Source: a virus. Taken from it: a DNA stretch of 62,853 nt. The translations under genes and the position numbers were made by a program. Position 1 is the stretch's first letter, and every line of letters begins with the position of its first letter. Shown here piece after piece: positions 10,394-20,452 of this stretch. A model generated the notes under the pieces. That model was not told where the DNA came from. It saw only the letters and a list, made by a program, of their open reading frames with translations, and made no database searches. The stretch lies in IMG/VR virus record IMGVR_UViG_3300035047_000236. The stretch is one strand, 5' to 3'.

Positions 10394-10905
10394 TATTCTT
10401 TCTCCCTATCATATCGGTTTCCTTCATAGTCTTCTCTTTTCTTGGACAATTTAGCTTCTTCTTTTCTTAGACGTTCAATTCTCCTTGCATGTTTTTCTTG
10501 AACTTCTTGATCATAAGCTACTGCTAAATCTACTATTGAGAAGCCTTTCATGTCGTTTGGGTTTATTCTATCCCTTCTTCTTGTTGATAAAGATTCTTTT
10601 AATTTTTCATTTCTTTTGTCTAATTTTTCAAGCGCGGCTGCTACATCTAACTGTTTACCTATATTACCTTTACTATCCTTTAATAGCCTATAAGAAAGTA
10701 CTTTATTCATAGCAATATTCATTATATCATCCATATCACTAGAAGTTAGTTCATCTGGATCAAAATCACTTAAATAGACGTCCAAAAGCTCATCATACAT
10801 CTGAGCTTCTGTGTCATCAAAAATATCTTCTTTTGGTAGTAAGTCCTTTATTACCTTCTTTATAGTTACTTTTTTTGGACGACCTCTATTATTCTTCTTC
10901 GCCAT
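10393..10905 (-). CDS. Possible terminase small subunit
   Basis: Helical 170 aa directly upstream of terL. Confidence 0.4.
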   Translation of the reverse strand: MAKKNNRGRPKKVTIKKVIKDLLPKEDIFDDTEAQMYDELLDVYLSDFDPDELTSSDMDDIMNIAMNKVLSYRLLKDSKGNIGKQLDVAAALEKLDKRNEKLKESLSTRRRDRINPNDMKGFSIVDLAVAYDQEVQEKHARRIERLRKEEAKLSKKREDYEGNRYDREKE

Positions 10906-11296
10906 TTTCTAATTTCTCCTTAATCATAAGAAGTAATTCAGGTGTTATTGAGTGACTTAAAAGTTCCTCAATATTGTCACCACAAGATATCTCTATTCTT
11001 AATCTACTAAAAATCATTCTCTGAGTTAAAACATCGTGTATATCATCTATATCTTCTCTTACATCTTGAATCCACTCTGTTGCATCTAAATCTTCCATAT
11101 TGTTATAAGTTCTAAATAATTCTTTAGATAAAGGATATTTTTTTCTAAAATAAGTTTTCAGAGATCTCGCTATTTTATCTTTAGTGGACTCCTTATGACG
11201 TTGTCCTTTTTTTGACTCACTTATTGCTCGCTTGCTAGCCTCACTAAGTCTAAAACCTATTGGTCTTCCTTTACTGCCTTTTATTTTTTTATTCAT
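10889..11296 (-). CDS. NUMOD3-motif DNA-binding protein
   Basis: LSEASKRAISESKKGQRHKESTKDKIA. Confidence 0.6.
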   Translation of the reverse strand: MNKKIKGSKGRPIGFRLSEASKRAISESKKGQRHKESTKDKIARSLKTYFRKKYPLSKELFRTYNNMEDLDATEWIQDVREDIDDIHDVLTQRMIFSRLRIEISCGDNIEELLSHSITPELLLMIKEKLENGEEE

Positions 11297-11600
11297 AACA
11301 CCCCACTTCTGTAACAGTAGAAAATTTGTTACACTTTTTACATATTATACCAACAGTTATAGCTGTTACAGCTGTAACAGCACCACAGTTATCACACATC
11401 ACTAATGTATTTACAGATTTAGATTTTTTAGGTTTTTCAAACGTAAAAGGAAGGTTTTTATGATCATCAGCAAACTTACTTTCTTTGTGAATTCTTTTTC
11501 TTAATTTACTTATACCTTCTTCAGGTTCCCATCTTCTTGGCATAGCTCCTGGTCTTAACTCACCTATCCCAATATCACTAAAAGTATAATTTTTAGACAT
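11289..11600 (-). CDS. Zn-ribbon protein
   Basis: CDNC...CKKC. Confidence 0.6.
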   Translation of the reverse strand: MSKNYTFSDIGIGELRPGAMPRRWEPEEGISKLRKRIHKESKFADDHKNLPFTFEKPKKSKSVNTLVMCDNCGAVTAVTAITVGIICKKCNKFSTVTEVGCYE

Positions 11601-11601
11601 A

Positions 11602-12003
11602 TTATATTCTAAAATCCTCCCCTAATATTAATAGTATATCATTTATTTCATTTCTAAGTATCTCTTCCGCATCTACCAAGCCAAACTCAAATGTATTTCT
11701 CATATTGTATGGTTCTTTTATAAACCTACTAAAAACCATTCCAGTATTATCTTTCTTAGATACATTATTTAAATAAACATTTATATTAGCCTCATATTTC
11801 TTTTTCATAAACTCCATAGAAGCTTTCAATATAAAATCAATTCTGCCTTTTTTTACTTCATCATCTTCATAATACATACAAACACTTGCTACAAAAGCAA
11901 ATAGACCACAATAACTCTTTATTTCTTTTATTGTGTCTCTTATAACAGCAGCCCTATCATCAAGGTATGCGTCGTCTAAATGCTTAGTAGAAGATTTACT
12001 CAT
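11602..12003 (-). CDS. Hypothetical protein
   Basis: In-operon ORF. Confidence 0.55.
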   Translation of the reverse strand: MSKSSTKHLDDAYLDDRAAVIRDTIKEIKSYCGLFAFVASVCMYYEDDEVKKGRIDFILKASMEFMKKKYEANINVYLNNVSKKDNTGMVFSRFIKEPYNMRNTFEFGLVDAEEILRNEINDILLILGEDFRI

Positions 12004-12565
12004 ACTCTACATCCTTATACTGGACACTTAAAAATCTTTTTGAAGCTATGTAATCGCTTACATAAACACACAACTCTTCCAGTGAATAATCTGAAATTTC
12101 TTTTTTGTGTTCTTTAGTTGTCCAGGGACCATAATGATAAAAAACACTGTTTCTTATTATTTTAAATTCATGTTCTTCTAATAACTGAGTATCTTTTTGT
12201 ATATTTTCAACTAATTCTGCTGCTAACATGGGATGATTTTTTAGGGTCCATTGACCACCTTTCCATCCTTTTTTAACTAGGTCATGAATTAAACATCCAG
12301 CTAAAATCAAATCTCTACTTTCCTCTATATCTAATCCTCTACTTAAAGTATAAGCTATATTAAAAACTTTTTTAGTGTGTATAATGGTTCCATCCCATCC
12401 TATCTCATTCAATGGGTGGAATTTACCTGTAGTACTAGCAGGACAATCAGTAAAAAAATAATCAGGAGCATTCATAATACAAAGTTTTGTAAACTCCCTT
12501 ATTCTATCATCTCTTATTAACTCTAATTCATCTTTAAAAACACCTTCTTTATCTATTTCTCTCAT
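11996..12565 (-). CDS. HD-domain phosphohydrolase
   Basis: PASTTGKFHP...HT...LIHD...H...HYG...D. Confidence 0.85.
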   Translation of the reverse strand: MREIDKEGVFKDELELIRDDRIREFTKLCIMNAPDYFFTDCPASTTGKFHPLNEIGWDGTIIHTKKVFNIAYTLSRGLDIEESRDLILAGCLIHDLVKKGWKGGQWTLKNHPMLAAELVENIQKDTQLLEEHEFKIIRNSVFYHYGPWTTKEHKKEISDYSLEELCVYVSDYIASKRFLSVQYKDVEYE

Positions 12566-12589
12566 AAAAGTAATTCCTTTAATTCTTTA

Positions 12590-12835
12590 TTAATATGGTC
12601 TAAATGATGGTTCGTCTTTTATTAAATTAACTCTCTCTAATGTTGTTGAATTATGGTTTGGATTATAGCCAGGCGGTTTCCATCCTGATCCATCTTCACT
12701 ATTAGCCCTTCCTGCATAAACCCTTGCATTAGTAAGAGTTGCTGTATATTTCTCATTCTTATCATAAGATATTGGGTATCTCTCTTGGTATCTTATAAAT
12801 CTTGGTATTCTATACTCATCTTCAGAAATAGGCAT
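12590..12835 (-). CDS. Hypothetical protein
   Basis: GAGG RBS, 81 aa. Confidence 0.55.
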   Translation of the reverse strand: MPISEDEYRIPRFIRYQERYPISYDKNEKYTATLTNARVYAGRANSEDGSGWKPPGYNPNHNSTTLERVNLIKDEPSFRPY

Positions 12836-12847
12836 ATTATATTACCT

Positions 12848-13141
12848 CTACTTTTCTATTTTTTCTGCTGCTTCTTTAAATAACTGTGATGCTCTTTCTA
12901 AAAACTCTTTATCATCTTTTGTAGATGCTGTTTCTTTTCCTATCTTCTGCATAATATCCATAACCGTCATAGCAAATTCTGGAACATCTTTCCCTTTCCA
13001 TTCGTAATGGATATGCATATACTCATTATCTGAGACTTTAGAAGTAACTCCTGCATAATTGTATCCATCTTTATAACGGCTAATATTAGCACTACTTACT
13101 TTTTCTAAATCTAAATTAATATTGTAACTGTTTTTCGGCAT
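12848..13141 (-). CDS. Hypothetical protein
   Basis: In-operon ORF. Confidence 0.55.
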   Translation of the reverse strand: MPKNSYNINLDLEKVSSANISRYKDGYNYAGVTSKVSDNEYMHIHYEWKGKDVPEFAMTVMDIMQKIGKETASTKDDKEFLERASQLFKEAAEKIEK

Positions 13142-13697
13142 TTTCTATCTCCTTCTTTAAATATAAAGCTTTGTCTCTTAAATCTTCTAAACTACCATCA
13201 TTTATAACAGTATAATTTATATTTGTATACCCATCTAAAGAAGTTTCTGAAGCGTGATCCATTCCATGAACACTTTCTTTATCGGGTCTTTCTATTCTTA
13301 TGTGAAATCCACCTCTTTTTAGAGGCTCTTCTATTTCATTTGGAAATCTTCCATCTGTAATAATAACGTTATTTAATTTATTTCTATCAACTCTTTCAAA
13401 CAATTTTCTTACCCAAAAATTATTTTCTATTGTTCTATAGCCCTGTGTGCCGATATGCTGTAAAATTTCCCTAGGCGTCCAAAAAGTACCATCCTCTTTA
13501 GGATATCTATTATCTTCTACTTCTTTAAGACTTCCATTTAATTGTTCTGAAGACAGACCAAAGTCATCTTTGACTTTCATTTTTAATTCTGTGGCATAGC
13601 TCATAAGAAAATATTCTTCTTCAAAAACTTCTTGTAACATTTTAGCCAAAGTGTCTTTACCAGATCTAGCTCTACCACTTACTATAATTATAGCCAT
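13116..13697 (-). CDS. Deoxynucleoside monophosphate kinase (T4 gp1-like)
   Basis: SGRARSGKDT, TPREILQHIGT, ITDGRFPNE, HASE. Confidence 0.88.
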   Translation of the reverse strand: MAIIIVSGRARSGKDTLAKMLQEVFEEEYFLMSYATELKMKVKDDFGLSSEQLNGSLKEVEDNRYPKEDGTFWTPREILQHIGTQGYRTIENNFWVRKLFERVDRNKLNNVIITDGRFPNEIEEPLKRGGFHIRIERPDKESVHGMDHASETSLDGYTNINYTVINDGSLEDLRDKALYLKKEIENAEKQLQY

Positions 13698-13728
13698 AAT
13701 TCACTCCTATAAAATTTAATACATTAAT

Positions 13729-13983
13729 TTACTTTTCTTTATTATTGAACACAAATGAGTTAGACCTATAATTATTGGCATACTTTTTAAAACTTTTTAT
13801 TGTATTATTAAAAGCTATACATGGTTTATAGGTCATAGTCTTTCCAAAATTATATTCAAAAACATCATCGTATATAGTACAATTAACTATAACAGGCATA
13901 TCTCCTATTAATTTTAAAATAATTTTTGCGCGGGCATTATAAAAAAGTTTTTTAAATTTTTCTTTAACTATTAAATAATTCAC
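13729..13983 (-). CDS. Hypothetical protein
   Basis: In-operon ORF. Confidence 0.45.
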   Translation of the reverse strand: MNYLIVKEKFKKLFYNARAKIILKLIGDMPVIVNCTIYDDVFEYNFGKTMTYKPCIAFNNTIKSFKKYANNYRSNSFVFNNKEK

Positions 13984-13993
13984 TGTAATACCT

Positions 13994-14239
13994 TTATTTT
14001 AAATATTTACCAATATCTACTAAATGTTTAGTTAATTTTTCAACTTCAGTTATAACCTTATTACTGTTGTAATTGTTTTCTTCTTTTGTCCTATCTATTT
14101 CTATACAATCAACAACATACTCTTTACACTTTAATTTGCAATCTTTGTCTTTATCATTATAATTACAAAAACAAACCAAATTTCCAGCATCATCAAAATT
14201 AAGCCAAAGCTTGATCATCAATTGAAACACTCCAGTCAT
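13994..14239 (-). CDS. Cys-rich hypothetical protein
   Basis: In-operon ORF, start uncertain. Confidence 0.45.
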   Translation of the reverse strand: MTGVFQLMIKLWLNFDDAGNLVCFCNYNDKDKDCKLKCKEYVVDCIEIDRTKEENNYNSNKVITEVEKLTKHLVDIGKYLK

Positions 14240-14621
14240 TATAAGACACTATACTGTTTATAGAGTTAAACTCTTTTTTAAGATCTTCTCTTATAGATAA
14301 TATATTCATTATATTGTCATAGTCAATATCTTCTATTATTGAATCTATGAAATTAATTTTTTTCTGTAAATGTTTTTTTATAACTAATGCTACCGAAACA
14401 CTTACCTTCTCTTTTCCAACTTTTACATCTAACTCGCTATTTACTTTGTCGAGGAAAAAGTAGATGCTTTGTATCCTATCTATATTTGAAAAATATCTTT
14501 CTATTAATAAATCAAATTCGGATTGATCTAAATCATTAGCATTACTTTCTATAAAAGATTCTAATTTATCAGTATCTTCCCTTAATAAAACCAACTCATC
14601 TACTTTTTCCCTCAACAACAT
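14199..14621 (-). CDS. Hypothetical coiled-coil protein
   Basis: AGGAG RBS. Confidence 0.55.
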   Translation of the reverse strand: MLLREKVDELVLLREDTDKLESFIESNANDLDQSEFDLLIERYFSNIDRIQSIYFFLDKVNSELDVKVGKEKVSVSVALVIKKHLQKKINFIDSIIEDIDYDNIMNILSIREDLKKEFNSINSIVSYNDWSVSIDDQALA

Positions 14622-14640
14622 ATCTAATTCTCCTGATTTA

Positions 14641-14859
14641 TTATTCTACAGGTGTGACCTCTATCGCTTGTACACCCTTGTCTGTTTGCTTAAGTTTGTA
14701 CTCCACTTTCTGTCCTTGCTTTAGTGTTTTAAAACCATCCATATTTATAGCACTAAAATGAACAAAATACTCCTCCTCAGCATCAACATGGTCATGGATA
14801 AAACCAAAACCCCTAGAATCACTAAACCATTTTACAACTCCTACTTCAAATCCATTCAT
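14641..14859 (-). CDS. cspA: Cold-shock domain protein
   Basis: GVVKWF...GFGFI...FVHFSAI...GFKTL..GQKV. Confidence 0.93.
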   Translation of the reverse strand: MNGFEVGVVKWFSDSRGFGFIHDHVDAEEEYFVHFSAINMDGFKTLKQGQKVEYKLKQTDKGVQAIEVTPVE

Positions 14860-14925
14860 ATCTTCCTCCTAAAACTATTAAAAATTTGCCGCAAATACGG
14901 CATTTACTATCTACTTACATATAGG

Positions 14926-15927
14926 TTACATTAATGCAGCCAATAAACATCCGTTAGCTACACAAGTCATAGGATTATCTACTCTTCTGACTTCACCTAT
15001 TCTTAAAGGCATATTAACAGACTTTAAAGTGTTCTCCACTTTTTCTACAAAACCTTCAGCAAGAGTTAAACCACCAGAAAGGACTAAAGGTACATCCTCT
15101 CTAAATATAGGTAAATCTTTTCTCCTACGATTAAGTTCATAAGAAATATTTTCCAATGTGTATTTTATAACTGTTCCATAATAAACATTTATAGCATTCT
15201 GAATTTCGCCTGCAGGATTTAAAAGATTAACACCATATTCTTTTTCTTGCTGAACCAGACTTGGTGACATATCTAATGCTGTTCCAACGGATTGATCTAT
15301 ATAATCACCTGATTTTGTTAAACTGAACTCTATTAATGGGTCTCCTTGGTGAACAACACAAACATTTGCCATACCTGCTCCGTAAGAAATACAAACACCT
15401 GTTAACCCATCGTCTAAAAGTTCAGATAATGCTATAGCAAATGCTTCATTTAAAGGTGATGACTCATATCCAAGTGTTTTCAAATAAGAGCCTATTATCT
15501 CAGTATGGTATATAATATCAAAATCTGTATCAACTGGTTGTGCTGGAACAGAATATACAACTTTTGATCCTGGGGCTGATTCCCCTAATATCGTCTTTAT
15601 TAAAGTTTTAATTACAGGTAAAGACTTTTTATTCTTTGGTGATATAACACCTTTCTGTAAAGGTCTTTCTGCTTTATCGTGTCTTTCTATAGCTATTTCT
15701 AAAGCATCTTCACCTACTACTATAAACGTGTTGTCATCTATTATGTAATTAGCCCTTCTTTTGTCTAATGACATTTTAATACTGTTTTTATTTACTTCTG
15801 ACTTTGGAATTATTCTATAAAATGCATCTCTTTGCATTTTAAATTCAGAAGAGCCATTATCATCTAACGATGCTGCGACCAGCATATTGGTGCCTACGTC
15901 TAGGCCTTTCCTATTTACTTCTGTCAT
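14926..15927 (-). CDS. Actin-like ATPase (MreB/MamK/ParM superfamily)
   Basis: GLDVGT, GAGMAN, LSGGLT, ANGCL motifs. Confidence 0.85.
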   Translation of the reverse strand: MTEVNRKGLDVGTNMLVAASLDDNGSSEFKMQRDAFYRIIPKSEVNKNSIKMSLDKRRANYIIDDNTFIVVGEDALEIAIERHDKAERPLQKGVISPKNKKSLPVIKTLIKTILGESAPGSKVVYSVPAQPVDTDFDIIYHTEIIGSYLKTLGYESSPLNEAFAIALSELLDDGLTGVCISYGAGMANVCVVHQGDPLIEFSLTKSGDYIDQSVGTALDMSPSLVQQEKEYGVNLLNPAGEIQNAINVYYGTVIKYTLENISYELNRRRKDLPIFREDVPLVLSGGLTLAEGFVEKVENTLKSVNMPLRIGEVRRVDNPMTCVANGCLLAALM

Positions 15928-15965
15928 TTTTAATGTTTCTCCTCATTTATTTTTTAATAAAAAAA

Positions 15966-16586
15966 TTATTCAATCTCGTACTGTATTCCTTCTGTTAATG
16001 ACCCAGCAGATTCAGTTAATGATCCTTCGGAATCAGTTAATGATCCTTCGGAATCAGTTAATGTGGCGGGGGAGTAGGTTAATGAGCCAGCCGAGTCAGT
16101 TAATGAACTTTCTGCATAGGTAAAATTACCATAGGTGCCAGTTCCAGAACCATCGTTAGGAAGTTTGGCTATTAAGATGTCATAATCAGGTCCGTTGTCC
16201 CAATAACCTGTAACATAAATATTATCAGAACTGTCGGTGGTGATGGCTTGGCCATAATCATACCCATTACCTCCGGCCAAAGTTCTTTGCCACTGGATTG
16301 CTCCAGAACTGTTGTATTTGGCTATTAAGATGTCATTATAAGAGCCGTTGTCCCAATTACCTGTAACATAAATATTATCAGAACTGTCGGTGGTGATGGC
16401 TTGGCCATAATCATGCCCATTACCTCCATCCAAAGTTCTTATCCAATCACCTGCAGCACTTTCAATTTCAACAAAATCTTTATGACTCATAAAAAATTCA
16501 CTCAAGGTCGGTCTGACAAAGCCTTGAGCAGCTTTGCCTCGGATCTTTTTAAAATTCGCATCGTATAAATCTGATAAGTTTTTCAT
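15966..16586 (-). CDS. Conserved-leader protein 1: ~40-aa leader, two beta-propeller (SBBP-like) blades, 7-aa repeats
   Basis: LSDLYDANFKKIRGKAAQGFVRPTLSEFFMSHKDF, two copies of AITTDSSDNIYVTG, SLTDS(A/E)G repeats. Confidence 0.8.
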   Translation of the reverse strand: MKNLSDLYDANFKKIRGKAAQGFVRPTLSEFFMSHKDFVEIESAAGDWIRTLDGGNGHDYGQAITTDSSDNIYVTGNWDNGSYNDILIAKYNSSGAIQWQRTLAGGNGYDYGQAITTDSSDNIYVTGYWDNGPDYDILIAKLPNDGSGTGTYGNFTYAESSLTDSAGSLTYSPATLTDSEGSLTDSEGSLTESAGSLTEGIQYEIE

Positions 16587-16608
16587 TTTTTGGTTATTGT
16601 TCTCCTTT

Positions 16609-17097
16609 TTATTTTTTTCCTAACACACTTCTTAGTTTATCTACTGAACTCATAACATTTGGTTTTTCTGCTTTAATTTCTTTTACTTTTACATTTCCTT
16701 CGTAATCACGATCTTTTGATGGATCTATATAAACATTATCTATTCCTGGCCTTTGTTCTATCTCTTGTTCAGAAGAATTTTCCTCTGCGCGGGAGAATTT
16801 TATATTCCCTATATTCTTTGTTATTTCTACAATTGCTTTATCTTTTTGAGATATTATTTCATTCAATTTATCTATATCATCATATAACTCTTCAATCCTT
16901 TCTTCCTTTTCTTTTATCAACTTTTCTAAACTTTCTATCTTGTCCTTGTAACTATCTTCTAAACTTTTTAGAAAGCTACTGTCTATAGGAGGAGTAGATA
17001 CTTTGTTAGATAATTTAAGTTGCTTATCTCTAGGCCCGCCGGAGAAAAGTAATCTACCTCCTTTTTTTATTGGGCCTTCTTTATTGTATTCTACCAT
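16609..17097 (-). CDS. Coiled-coil protein, possible partner of the actin-like ATPase
   Basis: Heptad-rich centre, GGAGG RBS. Confidence 0.55.
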   Translation of the reverse strand: MVEYNKEGPIKKGGRLLFSGGPRDKQLKLSNKVSTPPIDSSFLKSLEDSYKDKIESLEKLIKEKEERIEELYDDIDKLNEIISQKDKAIVEITKNIGNIKFSRAEENSSEQEIEQRPGIDNVYIDPSKDRDYEGNVKVKEIKAEKPNVMSSVDKLRSVLGKK

Positions 17098-17111
17098 TAT
17101 TTTTCCTCCAT

Positions 17112-18116
17112 CTATTTTTTAAACCCATCCAAATATTCATTTCTATCAATCATATAAATTATTGACCCAGCATTAGCAACACTATAAATATCTCCTCTAG
17201 CCATTTTTTCCATAATCAATTTATGTTGCATAGGCCTTCTATGAAAAACTTCTCCTGTAGTTGTGTCTACATTCATAAAACCATTTCCTTCATGGCTTAC
17301 AAACTTAAAACCAAGAGTTTCCAAAGATCTTCCATCATTATGATCTGCATCCACTATAAAAACTATCTTATTTACATCAATAGTATTTTTTCCTATCTTT
17401 AATTTAGGATAGTTTAATAAAAAGTTCTTTAAAAGTTTACTTGCTCCGCCAATAACCTGGCAAAACAGTTTTGTTCCTACCCTAATTACCTCTACATCAT
17501 ACAAACCCTTACTGAAGAAAGGATGACCAAACGTATAAATCATAAGTAAGGTTCCTTTCTTAATTCCAAGTTTATCTTTTTTTAAGTAAAGACCTAAATT
17601 AGTGTTAGCGCTCCTATAACCATAGAAACAGTTCTCTTCTAAAAAAGGTCTTAACTCTTTATTATTTATTTTTCTAACTTCACAATCTCTGGCATAAAAT
17701 CTTCTATCAATATTACCAGTTCCTGTTTTAATATAGGATTTAAGAACATTCCACTTTCTTCTATAATTTCCTATTAAATTACCTTCTATAGTGACTATGT
17801 CTTTTGCTTCTTCTACTTCCCAATCTTTTATCCAAATAGTTCTAACACCTTTTTCTCTATTTGATTTAGTTATATCTATGAAATAATTATGTGGAATTCC
17901 TTTAATTCCAAATCTTTTTTCATAATCCATTTTATAATTTTCTGTGTCTACATAACGTAATTCTAATTTACCGTCGTTTAAATAAAAAATACGCTCATTG
18001 TTTTCATCAACTGAGTAAGGTATTTTAGCTTCAAATAAAAAGTTTTTTATTTCTAATAAATTTTTTAAATGGCGCGGATCAGAAATTTTTTTAAAACAAT
18101 TTTCCATAATATTCAT
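17112..18116 (-). CDS. Hef-like putative endonuclease
   Basis: YARDCEVR...FLEEN...GGASKLLK pattern seen in phage Hef-like proteins. Confidence 0.5.
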   Translation of the reverse strand: MNIMENCFKKISDPRHLKNLLEIKNFLFEAKIPYSVDENNERIFYLNDGKLELRYVDTENYKMDYEKRFGIKGIPHNYFIDITKSNREKGVRTIWIKDWEVEEAKDIVTIEGNLIGNYRRKWNVLKSYIKTGTGNIDRRFYARDCEVRKINNKELRPFLEENCFYGYRSANTNLGLYLKKDKLGIKKGTLLMIYTFGHPFFSKGLYDVEVIRVGTKLFCQVIGGASKLLKNFLLNYPKLKIGKNTIDVNKIVFIVDADHNDGRSLETLGFKFVSHEGNGFMNVDTTTGEVFHRRPMQHKLIMEKMARGDIYSVANAGSIIYMIDRNEYLDGFKK

Positions 18117-18144
18117 AGTTATAAATCCCTATTTACTAATCTAA

Positions 18145-18729
18145 TTATGATCTATTTTTCTGTACACCGTCAATCAAACCATACTCTATAGCTTCATCAG
18201 CTGTCATATAAAAATCTCTTTTCATATCTTCCTTAATCTTTTCTACATCTTGCCCAGTGAATTCCGAATATTGAATAGCCATTTTATCATATAATCTTTT
18301 ACTGTGATTAAAAGCTATTTGAATATCATTAAATTTTCCACCGTGCCCTGTAGATAATTCATGTATCATAATATCACAATTAGGTAGAGCAAACCTCTTA
18401 CCTTTTGCTCCAGCCGCAAGTATAAAAGAAGCCGCTGATGCTGCGCTACCATAAGCTAATGTACTTACATCTGGCTTTATATAATTCATAGTATCAAAAA
18501 TACTATACATAGATGAAATTCTACCACCAGGAGAATTAATATATAAATAAATATCTTTTTCATTATCTACTGATTCTAAAAACAATAACTGGGCTGTTAC
18601 TGTATCAGCCATCATTTCATCAAACTCGCCTCTAATAAAAATAACTCTATCCTTTAGCATTCTAGAATAAATATCATAAACTCTTTCCTGATTGTTCTCA
18701 CCTTTTTCGATTACGTATGGTACTGTCAT
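18145..18729 (-). CDS. clpP: Clp protease proteolytic subunit
   Basis: YDIYSRMLKDRVIF, YINSPGG, AASAAS (Ser), MIHE (His), RDFYM (Asp). Confidence 0.95.
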   Translation of the reverse strand: MTVPYVIEKGENNQERVYDIYSRMLKDRVIFIRGEFDEMMADTVTAQLLFLESVDNEKDIYLYINSPGGRISSMYSIFDTMNYIKPDVSTLAYGSAASAASFILAAGAKGKRFALPNCDIMIHELSTGHGGKFNDIQIAFNHSKRLYDKMAIQYSEFTGQDVEKIKEDMKRDFYMTADEAIEYGLIDGVQKNRS

Positions 18730-18783
18730 ATAAAACTCCTAAAATTAAAAATTAATAATATTTACAATGATAATAACACTTAA

Positions 18784-19017
18784 TCAATAATTGTCAAGAA
18801 AATTATCTATTAAATTTTGTATTATTTCTAAATCACCATCTTGAAAAACTGGATCAAACCACACATCCGCCACAGTTTTGTTTAAGTTATCATACACCAC
18901 AGTTATGTATTGATCTCTCCAGATCATAGACAAAAAACTTAAGAATAATGTAGTGTCATTTAATGTTAATGTTTTTTCAGCAATATACTCTGTTAGCGTT
19001 TCTTTATACTGAAGCAA
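18784..19017 (-). CDS. Hypothetical protein
   Basis: AAGGAG RBS, TTG start. Confidence 0.55.
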   Translation of the reverse strand: MLQYKETLTEYIAEKTLTLNDTTLFLSFLSMIWRDQYITVVYDNLNKTVADVWFDPVFQDGDLEIIQNLIDNFLDNY

Positions 19018-19125
19018 ATCTATCTCCTTTGATTAAGTTTTTTAAATAATTTAAAAATTTTTCTTAAACACTTATTAGGTTAATACTAAGTGTTAATAGT
19101 GTTTATTAATATAGTTCTATTATAT

Positions 19126-19185
19126 GTAGTAATTTTTACTACGGTATAGTAGTAATTTTTACTACAGTCTGTATTTTTCTACTGC
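19126..19185. repeat. Two palindromic 17-mers GTAGTAATTTTTACTAC (period 23) plus a degenerate third
   Basis: 19126-19142, 19149-19165, partial ~19171-19185. Confidence 0.75.
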
Positions 19186-19713
19186 TGTTTTAGTGGTTTT
19201 TATTGTGTTAATTTTTTCTATCATTTCTATCTCATTTTCTAAAATATCTGTTTCTTCTCCTATAAGTAAATCTAATGCTTTGTGTTTATACAAAAATTCA
19301 GCATAAAAATAGCGATTTCTTTCACTTATATACTTTATGGTATATGTACCCATAGCATAAACAATTTGTCCTCTTAAAACGGCGTTTTTGTGCTTCACAA
19401 TCCATCCAGCTTCTTCCATCATGTTTAGAAGCTTTTGTACTTTTTTATCAGACATATCACTCATAGAAGCTAATTTTCTTATTGATATACAGCAAACTAA
19501 AATTTTGTTATCGTAAAACATCTTTTTTAGAGGGTATCCTTTATGATCTTTCCAATTACTTCTTACTACCATACTGTGCATAATATCATATAAGTAATCT
19601 CCACCAGATTGTCGTATTTTTCTATTCAGTCTTGCTTCAGCATCATTGTCAAATTCTTTATTAGCATCTAATATATGTCTGTGATAGTTTTTTAAAAATG
19701 TAGTATTATTCAT
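19162..19713 (-). CDS. Winged-helix DNA-binding protein, paralog A
   Basis: SIRKLASMSDMSDKKVQKLLNMMEEAGWI. Confidence 0.7.
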   Translation of the reverse strand: MNNTTFLKNYHRHILDANKEFDNDAEARLNRKIRQSGGDYLYDIMHSMVVRSNWKDHKGYPLKKMFYDNKILVCCISIRKLASMSDMSDKKVQKLLNMMEEAGWIVKHKNAVLRGQIVYAMGTYTIKYISERNRYFYAEFLYKHKALDLLIGEETDILENEIEMIEKINTIKTTKTAVEKYRL

Positions 19714-19715
19714 AA

Positions 19716-20249
19716 TTAATTACCGCAGTTATGTAAAAAGTTAATAGTTTTTTGATTATTTATTTCTTCTCTTTTAAAATATAATTTTTCGTATTTAGAT
19801 AGATGCTCTTCTTCAACTTTTTTATTTACTATAGAATCTAAAACTTTATGTCTATATAAAGTTTCTATATAATTACCATTATCATAAATAAACTCACCAA
19901 GAACATATACTGTCTTAGACCTTTGTGCTAATTTTTTGTGCTTCACAATCCATCCAGCTTCTTCCATCATGTTTAGAAGCTTTTGTATTTTTTGATTAGC
20001 GATACCGCTAATATTGGATAATTTTCTTATTGATACACAACAACACAAAAGCTTTTTGTTATAGAAATTATTTTTAATTTCACTTGATTCTTCATCTATT
20101 AAATTATTTCTTATTAATTTACTATATAGTATATCATATAAGTAGTCTCCTCCTGTTCTTCTTATTTCTTTAATTATATCTGCTTTTTCTTCATTGTCAT
20201 ATTTTTTACTGTTATCTAATATATGTTTATTATAATTCTTTAAAAACAT
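19716..20249 (-). CDS. Winged-helix DNA-binding protein, paralog B
   Basis: SIRKLSNISGIANQKIQKLLNMMEEAGWI, clear paralog of the adjacent gene. Confidence 0.7.
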   Translation of the reverse strand: MFLKNYNKHILDNSKKYDNEEKADIIKEIRRTGGDYLYDILYSKLIRNNLIDEESSEIKNNFYNKKLLCCCVSIRKLSNISGIANQKIQKLLNMMEEAGWIVKHKKLAQRSKTVYVLGEFIYDNGNYIETLYRHKVLDSIVNKKVEEEHLSKYEKLYFKREEINNQKTINFLHNCGN

Positions 20250-20262
20250 CGTATACTAACTC

Positions 20263-20451
20263 CTAATTATTTGATTCTTGTTTATGTAAATTGTTAATAA
20301 TTTCTTGATATTTTCTTTCTTCTTCTTCAAAATATTTAGCTTCGTAACTTGATAATGGTACATCTATAGGTTCTATTTCTGGGTTGTCAAGATTTCCTGT
20401 TCTAAGTATAGCATTTTGTCTTGCCACAAAATCTATTATAGATTCACTCAT
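20263..20451 (-). CDS. Hypothetical protein
   Basis: GGAGG RBS. Confidence 0.55.
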   Translation of the reverse strand: MSESIIDFVARQNAILRTGNLDNPEIEPIDVPLSSYEAKYFEEEERKYQEIINNLHKQESNN

Positions 20452-20452
20452 T

